In this document: positions 1 to 10,962 of the stretch, piece by piece
Position numbering within the stretch: the first letter of the stretch is position 1
How the letters are laid out: each line of letters begins with the position of its first letter
Source of the DNA: a virus
Taxonomy: Duplodnaviria > Caudoviricetes
DNA length: 64,000 nt
Strand: one strand, 5' to 3'
Virus record (IMG/VR): IMGVR_UViG_3300023060_000001
Coordinates: 65,543-129,542 of that record
Program-made: the position numbers and the translations under genes
Notes under the pieces: model-generated
Told to the model about the DNA's origin: nothing
Seen by the model: only the letters and a program-made list of their open reading frames with translations
Database searches by the model: none

Positions 1-1
1 T

Positions 2-1111
2 TATGATGAAAGTTTAACATTAATTGAAACTAAAGTTTTCTCAGGTGGTAACTATGAAAATCTTAAAGTTGAGATTGATAACGAAGATGCTAAATACATA
101 AGAGCATGCTCATCTACAGGCAGCCCTGAACCGTTTGCACTAAGAACGCTTAGCTATAATATATCAAGTGAATCAAAACCAGATATAAAGCTATTACCAA
201 TAAGCGCTACAGAGTTTGATGTTTACCAACTAACAGAAATTGGTGAGTATATAGTACACAAATTCAAAAGAAGGGTTTTACCTGATTACTCAGAGGATGG
301 TTGGTATTCTCAGTGGGTTTCCCATAATGGCGAGAATATAGCTCAAGGTAATTTTAACTTTATACACAATATAGATAATGCTAATGAAAGCTCGTTTGTT
401 GGTGTTGGTCATGGTTGTGAAACGTTTAGCTGGATTAGATTCTTTGTAGATGGGAAGTTATTTGATCCAGAAAATGACACAGCGCAATTAACTGGCGATA
501 GGTTTCACTTTCAATTTTTAAGTGATATTTACACCGTTGACGATAGCGCAAGTCCTGCGGGTTTTGCGGTCGCAGCTTTGCCGCTTGAAGTTTCAACAAA
601 ACATTACATGGATTGCGAAATAACAAAGTACGGAATCAAAAGGTATAACAAGCTAATATTACAAAGAGATAACATTATATTTAACCAGCTTATAGGTGCT
701 ATGCAGCAAACCGAGCAACCGCTAATAAACGATAGCTTGCTATACAATGCCGACGTGCCTTTTAGGATTTACTTTCCAGTTAGTAATGGTACGCCAGAGC
801 CACTAGCGCCAGACACAACAACCATCGGTGGCAATTCCCTTGTAAATGGCGTTGATAAAGTTACGGCTTATGGCACCGGAAATGGTTATTCTTACGTTGT
901 TGAGACTAAAGCTTGGAACGCTGATAACTCAAAGGCTAAAGATGCGTCAATTAGGTCGTGGACTGAAAGAACATCATCTAATAAGATGTATTTCTTCCCA
1001 GAGGTAACAAGCTACAACGCATCTACAGTAGGCAAGCTTGCAACACAGTTTAACTCGGGCGATGTTATAGAGTGTTATAGTTATACAAAATACGGAGTAT
1101 CTAAACTTTAA
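2..1111 (+). CDS. 3' part of a probable tail fiber/spike or other structural protein (5'-truncated by window)
   Basis: Frame of track ORF 578..1111 stays open back to position 2 (YDESLTLIETKVFSGG...); beta-rich Ser/Thr/Asn/Gly composition; followed by a terminator. Function is inferred. Confidence 0.55.
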   Translation, partial: YDESLTLIETKVFSGGNYENLKVEIDNEDAKYIRACSSTGSPEPFALRTLSYNISSESKPDIKLLPISATEFDVYQLTEIGEYIVHKFKRRVLPDYSEDGWYSQWVSHNGENIAQGNFNFIHNIDNANESSFVGVGHGCETFSWIRFFVDGKLFDPENDTAQLTGDRFHFQFLSDIYTVDDSASPAGFAVAALPLEVSTKHYMDCEITKYGIKRYNKLILQRDNIIFNQLIGAMQQTEQPLINDSLLYNADVPFRIYFPVSNGTPEPLAPDTTTIGGNSLVNGVDKVTAYGTGNGYSYVVETKAWNADNSKAKDASIRSWTERTSSNKMYFFPEVTSYNASTVGKLATQFNSGDVIECYSYTKYGVSKL

Positions 1112-1114
1112 AAC

Positions 1115-1144
1115 AAAAACCCTCTTAACTGAGGGGTTTCTTTT
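1115..1144 (+). terminator. Intrinsic terminator
   Basis: AAACCCTC-ttaact-GAGGGGTTT hairpin followed by CTTTT. Confidence 0.8.
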
Positions 1145-1190
1145 GATTACACTATTATTTAATTGTGTTAGAAAAAGATAAAAACAACCA

Positions 1191-1250
1191 TTGACAAAAA
1201 GTAAATCAACCTTTAAGCTCTTACCTAATCAAAAGGGTAAGAGCTTTTTT
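1191..1250 (+). promoter_or_regulatory. Sigma70 promoter overlapped by a terminator-like hairpin
   Basis: TTGACA 1191-1196, 17 bp, TAAGCT 1214-1219; AAGCTCTTACC/GGTAAGAGCTT hairpin plus T-run. Confidence 0.7.
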
Positions 1251-1292
1251 CTTGCCTAAAATTTAATTCACCTTACCAAAAGGATAAAAATT

Positions 1293-1721
1293 ATGCCAAA
1301 AGTACACACTTTAAACAAAGCTTACTGGTTTTCAGATGAATCACTTCAACCAGAGGAACAAATTGAGATCAAATGTTTCCTTTCGGATAATCCTGATTCT
1401 TGTGTGGAAGATTATATCCCTTTGCTAAAAGAGATTGCAGCTATAAAAGCAATGTTGGTTCAATTCAAAGCAATGAAAGATTATCCAAATGAGAATCCAC
1501 TTCGATTATCTGATGGAGAAATTCACACAAGTATCTCTGCACACAAGGAAATGTTTATCCGAATGTCAATTAACTCTTTACAAATTGAATTAGACCTTTT
1601 ACAATCCACCCTAGACTGTAAGATGAAGGATATTGACTACGAAAAGGAGATCGAATCAATGGAAGGTTTAGATGGATTAGAAAATTTAACAGAAGAGGAT
1701 TTAATAGATGATTTATTTTAG
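1293..1721 (+). CDS. Hypothetical protein
   Basis: 142-aa ORF with RBS downstream of promoter. Confidence 0.75.
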   Translation: MPKVHTLNKAYWFSDESLQPEEQIEIKCFLSDNPDSCVEDYIPLLKEIAAIKAMLVQFKAMKDYPNENPLRLSDGEIHTSISAHKEMFIRMSINSLQIELDLLQSTLDCKMKDIDYEKEIESMEGLDGLENLTEEDLIDDLF

Positions 1722-2193
1722 TATTTTTGCAATAGTATTATACATTTTAACTAAGTCAGTAGGATTTATTTGGTCGGGAGTCGATGCTGTCAGACAAAGC
1801 AAACTTTCAGGTAAGAATCACTTACTCTTATCAAAAGGTTGGAGTACACTTTACCGAGAGGTGATACCTTTACCTGATAATTTAGATTATTTGTCAATAA
1901 ATAAACTTTCGAAACAATCTTCCAATTTCGAAGGTACGTTACAAGTTTGGACAGAATACCATTTTGCATTAGAGTTTTTGACAAGTTTAGAAATATTGCA
2001 GAATAATTTTCATCAAGAAGGTTATAAAAGTGTTGACATTGTTGTTCAAGAAGGTGATACTTTGAAAACAATAGGTTTCGATGACTACGTTAATATGATT
2101 TCGGATAATAGAGATGACCTCTATGAAGAAGCAATATTGATGGAAGATTATTTTCAACATTTACAATATGAGGAATTTGAAAATGAAGACTAA
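1708..2193 (+). CDS. Hypothetical protein with N-terminal TM/signal segment
   Basis: Hydrophobic N-terminus; overlaps neighbouring operon genes. Confidence 0.7.
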   Translation: MIYFSIFAIVLYILTKSVGFIWSGVDAVRQSKLSGKNHLLLSKGWSTLYREVIPLPDNLDYLSINKLSKQSSNFEGTLQVWTEYHFALEFLTSLEILQNNFHQEGYKSVDIVVQEGDTLKTIGFDDYVNMISDNRDDLYEEAILMEDYFQHLQYEEFENED

Positions 2194-2389
2194 GTATTAC
2201 ACGAGGATAACACTTGCAGCAGAAGATGGTAGCTCATTGACATTAAGGGTGAACTTTGTTAGTGAGTATCCTGTCACTTTAGGGAAGGTTAAAGAACAAG
2301 CGTTCAATATTGCATCCACTTATGACATCAGTAGTGAGTATGTTAAAGTGGTTGATTATACATTAGTTAAACAGGAGAAAATTTTATGA
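2168..2389 (+). CDS. Hypothetical protein
   Basis: Operon-coupled ORF. Confidence 0.6.
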   Translation: MRNLKMKTKYYTRITLAAEDGSSLTLRVNFVSEYPVTLGKVKEQAFNIASTYDISSEYVKVVDYTLVKQEKIL

Positions 2390-2844
2390 TTGAACAATTA
2401 CCAGAAATTGAAATAGTGTTACCAGAGTACCCAAACAATTTTACGAAGCATAACACTCGCCAGCGTAAGAAGATGAATATTCTCCAATACAGTGAAGCTA
2501 TTGTGCAATTAATACTTCCTGTAAAGCACACAGAGGATGTTATTACATGGTGGGAAGGTGAATACCAAGCTAAAGGAGAAGAGTTCCTTGTGGAGGTGTT
2601 TACAGGCGGAGTTGATAAGCAGGGAAATCCTTGTCCCGTAGAGATAAACTTCTTATCAGAAACCCCTTTTTATAAAGTGAAAGATGGTAAAATCCCAAGT
2701 GTACAAGATGAGCCAGATATGTTTGCAATAAAAGCTATCTCAATGATCCCATCACACCTGCAGGATAAAGTGGTAAAGGTTAATATTTCAGATTGGGATT
2801 ATGTCCCAGTTGAGGAAAATGAATATGATATTGAGGAAGTATGA
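2386..2844 (+). CDS. Hypothetical protein
   Basis: RBS AGGAG; ATGA overlap. Confidence 0.75.
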   Translation: MIEQLPEIEIVLPEYPNNFTKHNTRQRKKMNILQYSEAIVQLILPVKHTEDVITWWEGEYQAKGEEFLVEVFTGGVDKQGNPCPVEINFLSETPFYKVKDGKIPSVQDEPDMFAIKAISMIPSHLQDKVVKVNISDWDYVPVEENEYDIEEV

Positions 2845-3187
2845 AGATTTCAGGGAAAATGGATGGAAATCTTATTTCAATGATGTCTCTTTCCCTGATG
2901 GTGATCCTCCTTACGCTAAAGTGATCTCCTACTTCCAAAAAAGAGTAAGAGAAGATGATAACGGAGGGAGTTATCCTGAAAAGGAAGTGGTGTATGATTT
3001 GATGGTGAATGCTGATTGGTTGGTTTACAGGTTTAACCATACTATGAAATATAAACGTAATTGGAAAGAGAGTGACATTTATAAATTTTCAGCCTTACAG
3101 ATGTATGTAAATGAAGTGGTGAATGGTGGTTATAAAAAGGCATTGATCACTCGTACAGAATTTGCTATGATTGCTGAAAAGAAATAA
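2801..3187 (+). CDS. Hypothetical protein (true start probably 2825)
   Basis: Operon-coupled ORF; GAGGA RBS. Confidence 0.65.
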   Translation: MSQLRKMNMILRKYEDFRENGWKSYFNDVSFPDGDPPYAKVISYFQKRVREDDNGGSYPEKEVVYDLMVNADWLVYRFNHTMKYKRNWKESDIYKFSALQMYVNEVVNGGYKKALITRTEFAMIAEKK

Positions 3188-3383
3188 TTCAAAAATAATA
3201 ATTGAGGAGAGAAGATTGGAACATATTACAAATGAAGGGGTTACATATCAACCAGAGGAATACTTTAAGCAGATGTTTGAGGATGAAGGGGATTTATCAG
3301 AATTTGTGCTACCAGAGGATGCATATTTAGATAATGATGGTGGGTATGTTTTCGAGGGAGACTTACAATGTATGCTGTTTTAA
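3171..3383 (+). CDS. Small acidic hypothetical protein
   Basis: Operon-coupled ORF. Confidence 0.55.
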   Translation: MLKRNNSKIIIEERRLEHITNEGVTYQPEEYFKQMFEDEGDLSEFVLPEDAYLDNDGGYVFEGDLQCMLF

Positions 3384-3640
3384 AAATAGGGGTGTTTTTG
3401 CAAAAGGTGTATTTTGCAAAAACATTGATCAGAGGAAAAGATCTACTTGTTGACATGGTGAATGATGACAGGGATGATTATCATGAATGGTGTTTGGTGA
3501 AAGTGGAAGATGAGTGCGAAATGGGTGATTGTCCTGTGTTGTACTCTTTGAAAAAGCCTGTCAATCATGAAAAGGTAGGGGATTTCACACATTATCACAG
3601 GGTGAAGATTGGGGATTTGGTTTTGGAGGAACAGGTATGA
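3368..3640 (+). CDS. Hypothetical protein
   Basis: RBS GGGAG; operon-coupled. Confidence 0.65.
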   Translation: MYAVLKIGVFLQKVYFAKTLIRGKDLLVDMVNDDRDDYHEWCLVKVEDECEMGDCPVLYSLKKPVNHEKVGDFTHYHRVKIGDLVLEEQV

Positions 3641-4260
3641 AAATTGAACATAAGCTAGTTAAAAGTATCAAAGTTTCAGAATTGGATTCACTTGACCCAA
3701 TTGAAATACTTATTTCCGAATACGGAGAAGGTTCTGCTGATGTAACAATTAAATGTTATGGTGAAAGCTGGACTTCTTATTGGGGAAGTATGGGTGGTAA
3801 TGTTAAAGAGTTTTTCACTCGAACAAATGTAGGTTATTTGGTAAATTGTTTTGAAAGAGGTATTCGTGCTGATTCTGATGTGAAAGATACTTCTGCAATG
3901 CAGGAAACCTTTAGAAAGAAGATGAGAGAATATATACTGTATAGACGAAGAGAAGAATATATTTTACCAGAAGATGCTCGTAAAGCTTGGGATGAGGTTG
4001 ATAATATTGATATGGAAGTTATTTCCCCTGAACATGATCATGAATGTTTTAATTGGAATGTTGACCATTGGACAGTAGAATCTTCTGCGTGGAAGGTTTT
4101 ATTTGGCGGTTATGGTATAGGTGATGAGTATTATGAAGAAGAGTTTTCACAATGGTTATGGGAAAATGTACCTTTTGAATATGAACCAAATCACAATTAT
4201 AATTATCTTTGCCGAATAGTGGAAGTTGTTAGAAAGGTTATTATGGAGGAAATTGAATGA
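3637..4260 (+). CDS. Hypothetical phage protein
   Basis: 207 aa; RBS GGAGG; ATGA overlap. Confidence 0.75.
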   Translation: MKIEHKLVKSIKVSELDSLDPIEILISEYGEGSADVTIKCYGESWTSYWGSMGGNVKEFFTRTNVGYLVNCFERGIRADSDVKDTSAMQETFRKKMREYILYRRREEYILPEDARKAWDEVDNIDMEVISPEHDHECFNWNVDHWTVESSAWKVLFGGYGIGDEYYEEEFSQWLWENVPFEYEPNHNYNYLCRIVEVVRKVIMEEIE

Positions 4261-4637
4261 GCGAGATTGAAAGAAGAAAGGCTACAATAGTCTTAGTCAA
4301 AAATGCAGAAGGTAATCCTGTTAATATTTTTAATTATATTTATATGGAATATAATATTAATATTGTGGAAGATGTATCAGAAGAAGCAGCTTATTATGTA
4401 CTGTGTGATTATTTAGAAGATGAGAACATTAATGAAAAGTATTATTGGTTCTATGGGAAACTTTTCAAAGAGTTGTATTCGGAGAGTATTGATCCATCTT
4501 ACCACAAGGAAGCACATTTTGTAAATAATAACTGTATCACACTAGATTGTACTTGGTATAATGGCGGTGGTAGTTTTCAAGAAGTTGCCTTGGAAGCATT
4601 GAAAGAATTAGAGGAGAGGGTGAAAAGTTATGGATAA
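4257..4637 (+). CDS. Hypothetical protein
   Basis: RBS GGAGG; ATGA overlap. Confidence 0.7.
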   Translation: MSEIERRKATIVLVKNAEGNPVNIFNYIYMEYNINIVEDVSEEAAYYVLCDYLEDENINEKYYWFYGKLFKELYSESIDPSYHKEAHFVNNNCITLDCTWYNGGGSFQEVALEALKELEERVKSYG

Positions 4638-5973
4638 GATTTTAGACATTTTGAATGAATTGGAAAATACCGCAGGAAGTAGTGATAAACTTGCAATATT
4701 AAAACGCGAAGAAGATAATGAAGTTTTGAAAGAAGTTTTCCGTTTGGCATATAGTACTACAATCCAATTCGGTGTTAAGAAGATTCCTGATTACACCAAG
4801 GGTAGTACATACAACGTACAAATGAATAACTTTGAGTACATGTGTAACCTTTTAAGACAACTATCTTCAAGAGAATTAACTGGAGATAAGGCAAAGTTTT
4901 CAATAAGCTACTTCCTTTCAAGTGTAAGTGAAGCTACTGCAGAAGTGTTTATTCGCATCCTTAAAAAGGATCTACGTTGTAATACAGGTAAATCTTTAGC
5001 TAATAAAGTATGGAAAGGGTTGATTCATGTAACACCTAGAATGGGTGCATGTTCTATGAATGACAAATCCTTAAAGAAGATGAAAACAATTAAACGTTTA
5101 GCTGTAGAGTTAAAAAGTGATGGTTCATATGCTGCAAGTGTTTGTAACGACAACTCTACAATGTTATCAAGGAATGGTAATCCTTTAGAGATCGAGTGTC
5201 TTTCTGAACATTTATCTTGCGGCGCATTTAACGGATTTTCTTTGGAAGGGGAGATTATATACTCTTTAGATAAGGCAGAACGAGAATTAGGTAATGGTAT
5301 TGTTACTAAGATTGTTAAGGGTACAGCTTCCGAGGAAGAAAAGGGAGCTGCCATGTATCAAGTGTGGGATTGTATTGATACAAAATACTACTCTCCTAAA
5401 GGTGAATATGCTATTCCTAATCAGGAACGAAGATCACTACTTGAGAAGATGATGGAAAGTTATTCTGACTGGTGTAAAGATAATAATACCACCCCCAAAA
5501 TTCATATTATCGAGCGGAAAGAAAATGTAACAGTGGAAGAAGCTTTTGAAATATTTGAAGGTTATGTTGAAGCAGGTTACGAAGGTGCAATAGTTAAAGA
5601 TATGTTGGCTTCTTGGAAAGATAATGGTAAACCTTCTTGGAATATTAAACTTAAGAGAAGGGAACCTGCGGACTTAAAAGTTGTTGGTTGGTACAAAGGT
5701 GAAGCTGGCACTAAGTATGAAAACTTCTTGGGAGGTATTCATTGTGAATCAAGTTGCGGTACTATTAAGGTTAATGTAGGTAGTGGTTTCTCTGATGAAG
5801 AGAGATTCACTTTACCAGATAATATGCCAGAAGTCATTGAAGTGGAATATGATTCTGTTACAGAGGACAAGAAAACTAAACAGAAAAGTTTATTCTTACC
5901 TATTTACAAACGTCCACGTTATGATAAGATGGAATCAGATTCGTATCAAGAAATACTTGATAAACAAATGTAA
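4630..5973 (+). CDS. lig: ATP-dependent DNA ligase
   Basis: Motif I ELKSDG, III LEGEI, IV GYEGAIVK, V WNIKLK; OB-fold VGSGFSDEER and SLFLP. Confidence 0.95.
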   Translation: MDKILDILNELENTAGSSDKLAILKREEDNEVLKEVFRLAYSTTIQFGVKKIPDYTKGSTYNVQMNNFEYMCNLLRQLSSRELTGDKAKFSISYFLSSVSEATAEVFIRILKKDLRCNTGKSLANKVWKGLIHVTPRMGACSMNDKSLKKMKTIKRLAVELKSDGSYAASVCNDNSTMLSRNGNPLEIECLSEHLSCGAFNGFSLEGEIIYSLDKAERELGNGIVTKIVKGTASEEEKGAAMYQVWDCIDTKYYSPKGEYAIPNQERRSLLEKMMESYSDWCKDNNTTPKIHIIERKENVTVEEAFEIFEGYVEAGYEGAIVKDMLASWKDNGKPSWNIKLKRREPADLKVVGWYKGEAGTKYENFLGGIHCESSCGTIKVNVGSGFSDEERFTLPDNMPEVIEVEYDSVTEDKKTKQKSLFLPIYKRPRYDKMESDSYQEILDKQM

Positions 5974-5990
5974 ATTAGAATAAAACCTAT

Positions 5991-6034
5991 TTGACTTATG
6001 TAAATTTTAAAGTAGAATACCTTGCATAAGTCAA
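5991..6034 (+). promoter_or_regulatory. Sigma70 promoter embedded in an inverted repeat
   Basis: TTGACT 5991-5996, TAGAAT 6013-6018; TTGACTTATGTAA/TTGCATAAGTCAA inverted repeat. Confidence 0.6.
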
Positions 6035-6075
6035 TTAAACTTTACTTAAATTGATATTTAAATTAGGAGAATATT

Positions 6076-7308
6076 ATGAGTGAACAAGTGTTAAATGAAA
6101 TCCAAGAGGTAATAACCCGATCAAACAAAGGTAAATATTCACGACAGAAGAAACAACTTTTAAGCTTAGTTAATGAGACAGAAGGTTTGGAAGAATTGTT
6201 CAAAGAGTTAGGATGCTTTGTGGCAGGCGGTGCTGTGACAAGTGTTTTCACTAATAAAGAAGTTAACGATTTGGACATTTATTTCCGTGATCAAGAAAGT
6301 TTGATTAAATTTATAAAAGTGGCTTTTGGTGAAACACCTTGTGTACCCTGTACACCAGTAAGTGTTGCACCCCTTTCACCCCCGAGTCCTGTAAACTTTA
6401 ATCAAGATGTGACACCTTCTTCTGTAGAATTAGATATCTTTGCCTTACGATACGTAGGTCACACTGATAAGAGTGTTATGTTTCTTGATGGAAGTGGTAT
6501 GCAGGTACAAGCTATTCATTGTGGATTCTATCGAACAGTAGAAGACATTTTCAAAAGTTTTGATTTCACTATTAACATGGGTGTGTACGATTTTGCACAA
6601 GAGTGTTTCGTTTTGGATGAAGACTTCCTAACAGATAATGCTTCACGAAAGTTACGTGTTAACGAAGGAACATCCTTCCCAATAATTAGTCAACTTCGCT
6701 TAGCTAAATACCAGCAACGAGGTTATTCAATTAATCGCAAGGAATTTATTAAACTATGCTTATCTGTTGCAAGTTTGAATCTTTCTTCTTGGGAAGATGT
6801 TAAAAATGCTATAGGTGGAATGTACGGTTACAACATGGATGACCTTTTCGATGAAGATAAAGATTTTACAATGGAAGAAGTGTTTGAACAATTGGAAGAA
6901 TTGGAATGTAATTTAGAGGGAACCACTGCTAAAATTCCAGCTACTGATTTAGAAGATTTATTGGAATTTATCGAAGAACAACATGAACCAAACGACCCTG
7001 ATAAAGAGTATTTCTATTATAAGAAAGTGTTAAAAACTTCGGAAGAGGGTGTTTACACAAGTATTTATAAACGAGATTTCAAGTATATTGTTGACGAGAG
7101 TCCTGATAATTCTGGAAATGGTATTTACCTTTATAAAAGTGTTGATAAAGCGAAGAATCATTACGGGTTAGGTAGTAACGATGGTGCAGTGGTTATCAAG
7201 TTGACATCGGGTAAAACCCGCGCTAAACTACAATCTGATGGTGGAGGAAAGTATTCCACTTGTACAAAATTAACAGTTGTTGGTGAAATGGATTTGGAGG
7301 ATATTTAA
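6076..7308 (+). CDS. Pol-beta-superfamily nucleotidyltransferase (CCA-adding/poly(A) polymerase head-like) with extra C-terminal domain
   Basis: FVAGGAV...NDLDIYF (GG + DxD) and FDFTIN motifs; R..KY..RGY. Confidence 0.8.
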   Translation: MSEQVLNEIQEVITRSNKGKYSRQKKQLLSLVNETEGLEELFKELGCFVAGGAVTSVFTNKEVNDLDIYFRDQESLIKFIKVAFGETPCVPCTPVSVAPLSPPSPVNFNQDVTPSSVELDIFALRYVGHTDKSVMFLDGSGMQVQAIHCGFYRTVEDIFKSFDFTINMGVYDFAQECFVLDEDFLTDNASRKLRVNEGTSFPIISQLRLAKYQQRGYSINRKEFIKLCLSVASLNLSSWEDVKNAIGGMYGYNMDDLFDEDKDFTMEEVFEQLEELECNLEGTTAKIPATDLEDLLEFIEEQHEPNDPDKEYFYYKKVLKTSEEGVYTSIYKRDFKYIVDESPDNSGNGIYLYKSVDKAKNHYGLGSNDGAVVIKLTSGKTRAKLQSDGGGKYSTCTKLTVVGEMDLEDI

Positions 7309-8285
7309 TGGTTTATACAAAAGAGAATGGTGATAAAGTGGATGAAATCATGAAAAAGTTTAGTGAATATTGTGGAGAGGATTTCACTGATACTTTTTGC
7401 AATTGTTACACTTACACAAGACATGATATGGGTTCTTATGCAATAGACTTCCGAGAATTTGTAGAATTGGAAACAGGGTGTTACATTACCGACAGTGATT
7501 GGGTTAACACAGGAATATTTACATGGGAGAAGTTGGTGGAACATTTGAATAAAGGTATGAAAAAGGAGGAAGGAATTTTGTCAAGTTTTAAAATTGATAC
7601 TAATAGTAAAGGATTTCAGGAAATCATAGATGGTTTATATGATAAATTCACTGCTCGCTTAGGAACAAAGCCATACAACCCTGTTAAAAATATCTCTATT
7701 GAAAAGTATTACCGTTGTGCAAAAGGTGCTCCCTCGCAATGTGATCAATTTTATAGTGGAAATGGTATTTTATTCATGGCGGAATCTGATTGCGGTAAGT
7801 ACTACTATTGGGAAGATTACAACAGTAAAAATGATCTAATCTTTTTCCGAGGGGAGAAGTCTTGGGTGGAAGATAATTACCAGAAGGTGGTATCCTCCAG
7901 TAAATTTAAAACTCACGATAATGGGAGTTTAGTTATCCCTGATAATTTGTCTGCTAACGGAGCAATGGATTATATTTTTGAGTATGCTGAATCCTTAGAT
8001 AAGGAAGACGAATATACAGGAGGTAGTGTAAACTACTATAAACTTCTTGTAGAGAACCCCACAACATTACCTAAAGAGTACGAAGTGGAGTGTAATGATA
8101 TCATAGAAGCTTTAGATATGAACTATGCTGAAGGTAATGCTTTTAAGGCTATCTGGAGAAAATGTGCTGCCAGAAAGTTTGGTATCAAGAAGAAAGGTTA
8201 TGACAATGGATTGTACGATTCCGAAAAGGTAGTATTTTTTGGAGATCGTATGGTTGTACAGAGTAAAACTTGCAAAAGTGAGTAG
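7308..8285 (+). CDS. Protein with C-terminal DUF3310 (T7 gp1.7-like) domain
   Basis: ECNDIIEALDMNYAEGNAFKAIWR motif. Confidence 0.65.
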   Translation: MVYTKENGDKVDEIMKKFSEYCGEDFTDTFCNCYTYTRHDMGSYAIDFREFVELETGCYITDSDWVNTGIFTWEKLVEHLNKGMKKEEGILSSFKIDTNSKGFQEIIDGLYDKFTARLGTKPYNPVKNISIEKYYRCAKGAPSQCDQFYSGNGILFMAESDCGKYYYWEDYNSKNDLIFFRGEKSWVEDNYQKVVSSSKFKTHDNGSLVIPDNLSANGAMDYIFEYAESLDKEDEYTGGSVNYYKLLVENPTTLPKEYEVECNDIIEALDMNYAEGNAFKAIWRKCAARKFGIKKKGYDNGLYDSEKVVFFGDRMVVQSKTCKSE

Positions 8286-8565
8286 TCCTGTGATAACATT
8301 ATTCTTTATCCAAATGTTGGCATCTGCAGGTTATGTGAGTTTCCGTTCCATGCAGGTGATCAATATAACAAATAGTCAATGGTGGATGATACTACCTACG
8401 AGCCTGTGCATAGCCTTGTGCGAGGTTTATGTTATTCACATGATAGCTACATCAGCTTTGGATAAAGTGTGGCTGGTGTTGAGCACAGGGTCAGGTGGTG
8501 CTATAGGTTGCTTTGTTGCGATGTGGGTTAGTGAGGTTTTTAAGAAGGAGGCTAAAATTGATTAA
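8278..8565 (+). CDS. Small multi-pass membrane protein
   Basis: Three hydrophobic segments; GSGGAIG motif; start estimated at GTG 8278. Confidence 0.65.
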   Translation: MSSPVITLFFIQMLASAGYVSFRSMQVINITNSQWWMILPTSLCIALCEVYVIHMIATSALDKVWLVLSTGSGGAIGCFVAMWVSEVFKKEAKID

Positions 8566-10549
8566 GAAAGATTTAACAGAAATGTGTAACACTCTTTATA
8601 TGGATGAACTTGCTGTGTGGGTGGAAGAGAACCAGTATGATTATGTCCTTGTTAGAAAAGATGAGTTAGAAGAATTAGAAGATTCCTTGGATTGTGCCAT
8701 TGAAGTGATTGAACAAAGTGGTGTTGATTATGAAGAAGCGGTGGGTTATTTAAAAGGAGCTAATTAATGAAAAATGATATACAAGTTTCAAAACAAGTGT
8801 TACTATATGTGGCAGAACAACTTTATGTTAAGGCATATTCCGATGGGAAGAAAGGGGTTTCCACTGAGAACATTGAAGCAGTGATTGCAAAAGTGGCAGA
8901 ACAATTTGTAAATGATGTAGACAGATTAGCACTAGCTATTCCAGTTAAACGATAATACCATTAATAAAAGGAGAAAACTTTAATGAAAGAGATAACAGCG
9001 ACAACAGAAACTTTCCTAAAAACTTTAGAAATGATGTACCTTGCAGGCGCAAATGATAATGAAAATTCTACAGAAGATGAAGTGTTGACAAAGGAAGAAC
9101 TTCGTGAGAGAATTGTTTCTCATTTGAAAGTGATTACAGCTAATTTAAGTGAAGCTTCTTCAAAGGATATTTCCTCGGAACAGGATGATGACTATGGCGA
9201 GGAAGCATAAAAGGGAATTAAAGTTAACCATCGAAGAACAGAATTTATATAATATATTAGTTATTGATTTGGAGGAAGCTTTGGGAGCATTACAAACTGC
9301 GGAACAAGAATTATCACTTTCCGAGCAACAGGTTAAACAGGCAGAAGAGAATCTTCGGTTGGCCGTGGAGAACTGGAAAGAAAAGAAGAAGATTGTAACA
9401 GGAGTGGAAGCTGCTTATGAGTGGTTCATTCGGGATTATATAGAGGAGTAGGCATGGAAGGTAATATTGAGGAAGTGTGTACAGCTTATAACAAAGCGAT
9501 TGAGTTTGCATTAGAGTTGAATACATATCACGTAAAGTTATTCTTGGAACTTTGGCACAATGGTGATTATGAGGAAATTGAATCTTTATTTCCAGAATTT
9601 GATACTACTTGTGCCAAGGATTGTGTTTACGTGGGAAAATTCTTAATGTGACAAATATGGCACTTTAGCTGCGGAAATGGGGGTTAATGTGCCAAATAGG
9701 GCAGATTAGAGGGGGAGGTTTATGGGTATTATAGATTTGTTGAAAGGGGTGGGTGAAGATAATTTAATGTTACAATTTATCAGTGGTTCCTTGGTTAAAT
9801 CTGTTGATAAGAAGGATACACAGGATACCGAAATAACAATAGCAACAAAACAGGCCAGCACCAACCAATTAATTAACGATACAGGTAAAGTTGGTATTGT
9901 TGTGTGGTTAGATCGTGAAGATTATAATAAAGTTTTAGGAGAGTGATTATGAGTAATAAAAAATTTACACCGCAAGATTACATTTACAAAAGTATTATTG
10001 AAGATGTGCTTGGTTGTGGAGATGATATCACTATTAACTGTGAATTAACTCTGAAGAATGCTTCGGAGGTTTACAATAACCCAGAGGAATATTTTGCAGG
10101 AACGGACTACCCCAGCGACTATATTTACGAATCTACTCAAGAATATAGATATTGTGGTGAAGAGTGTAATATCTCACCAAAGAGTTATTCTCGTCATTAT
10201 GAAGTGGATTACGTTGTAAAAGAGATTGATGGTAAGTGGGTAGGATGGAACTATTGGTACGGTGGTGGTAAACATGCTGAACCAGAGGCTATAGATTGGA
10301 TTGGGGATGCTGAGTTTGTAAAGGTGCAATCTGAGGAAGTGGTGACTATTGTGAAAAGAACTTTTATGAGAGAGGAGTAGAGATTTGAGTAAAACTATTT
10401 TTTCAAATGATGAGTTGAAAGGTATCTCGGCAGATATATTAGGAACTATAGACTACGACACCTATAAGGATGATTGGGAGGAAGAGAAACTTCTCGGTGA
10501 AATTGAACGTCTTATTGGTCAGTGGGTAATTAACATAACCAAAGAGTAG
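8513..10549 (+). other. Run of small hypothetical genes (8513-8767, 8767-8955, 8983-9210, 9149-9451, 9421-9651, 9722-9946, 9943-10380, 10385-10549)
   Basis: Abutting + strand ORFs with GGAG-type RBSs; several true starts lie downstream of the track starts. Confidence 0.65.
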
Positions 10550-10563
10550 TAAAAGGAGGTTTA

Positions 10564-10962
10564 ATGGATACTATAGAAGAAAAGTTAGCCGACCTAAAGA
10601 TAATGATAGGACGGCTAAAGAGTTTATCCTTAGACGATTATGATTATATTCATGGGGATGTAGAAGAAATACAATACTTAGTTGGATCATACAGAGATAA
10701 TTCTGAGTGGATTTCTGTTAATGATAAATTACCTGAAGAGGGTTCACGGGTAGTCGCTGCATTTATGTATGATAACCTAGAAGGGGGTGACCCTGATGCT
10801 TACGTATCTTGGTATTATAACGGGAGGTTCACTGTTGACGGAGATGGGTTGGATATTGACAATGGTCATGTAGAAAGTAGTATAAAAGTGACACATTGGC
10901 ATCCTTTACCTAAGTATAAGACCTGTAAACAATTAGAGATAAACAAAGGAGAAGAAGTTTGA
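10564..10962 (+). CDS. DUF551-domain protein
   Basis: WISVNDKLPE...VTHWHPLP signature. Confidence 0.8.
   Translation: MDTIEEKLADLKIMIGRLKSLSLDDYDYIHGDVEEIQYLVGSYRDNSEWISVNDKLPEEGSRVVAAFMYDNLEGGDPDAYVSWYYNGRFTVDGDGLDIDNGHVESSIKVTHWHPLPKYKTCKQLEINKGEEV

Noticed and set aside
4630-5973. Ligase inactive because motif I reads KSDGSY rather than KxDGxR
   Set aside because: The adenylated Lys and all other motifs are intact and the ORF is full length; treated as a variant.
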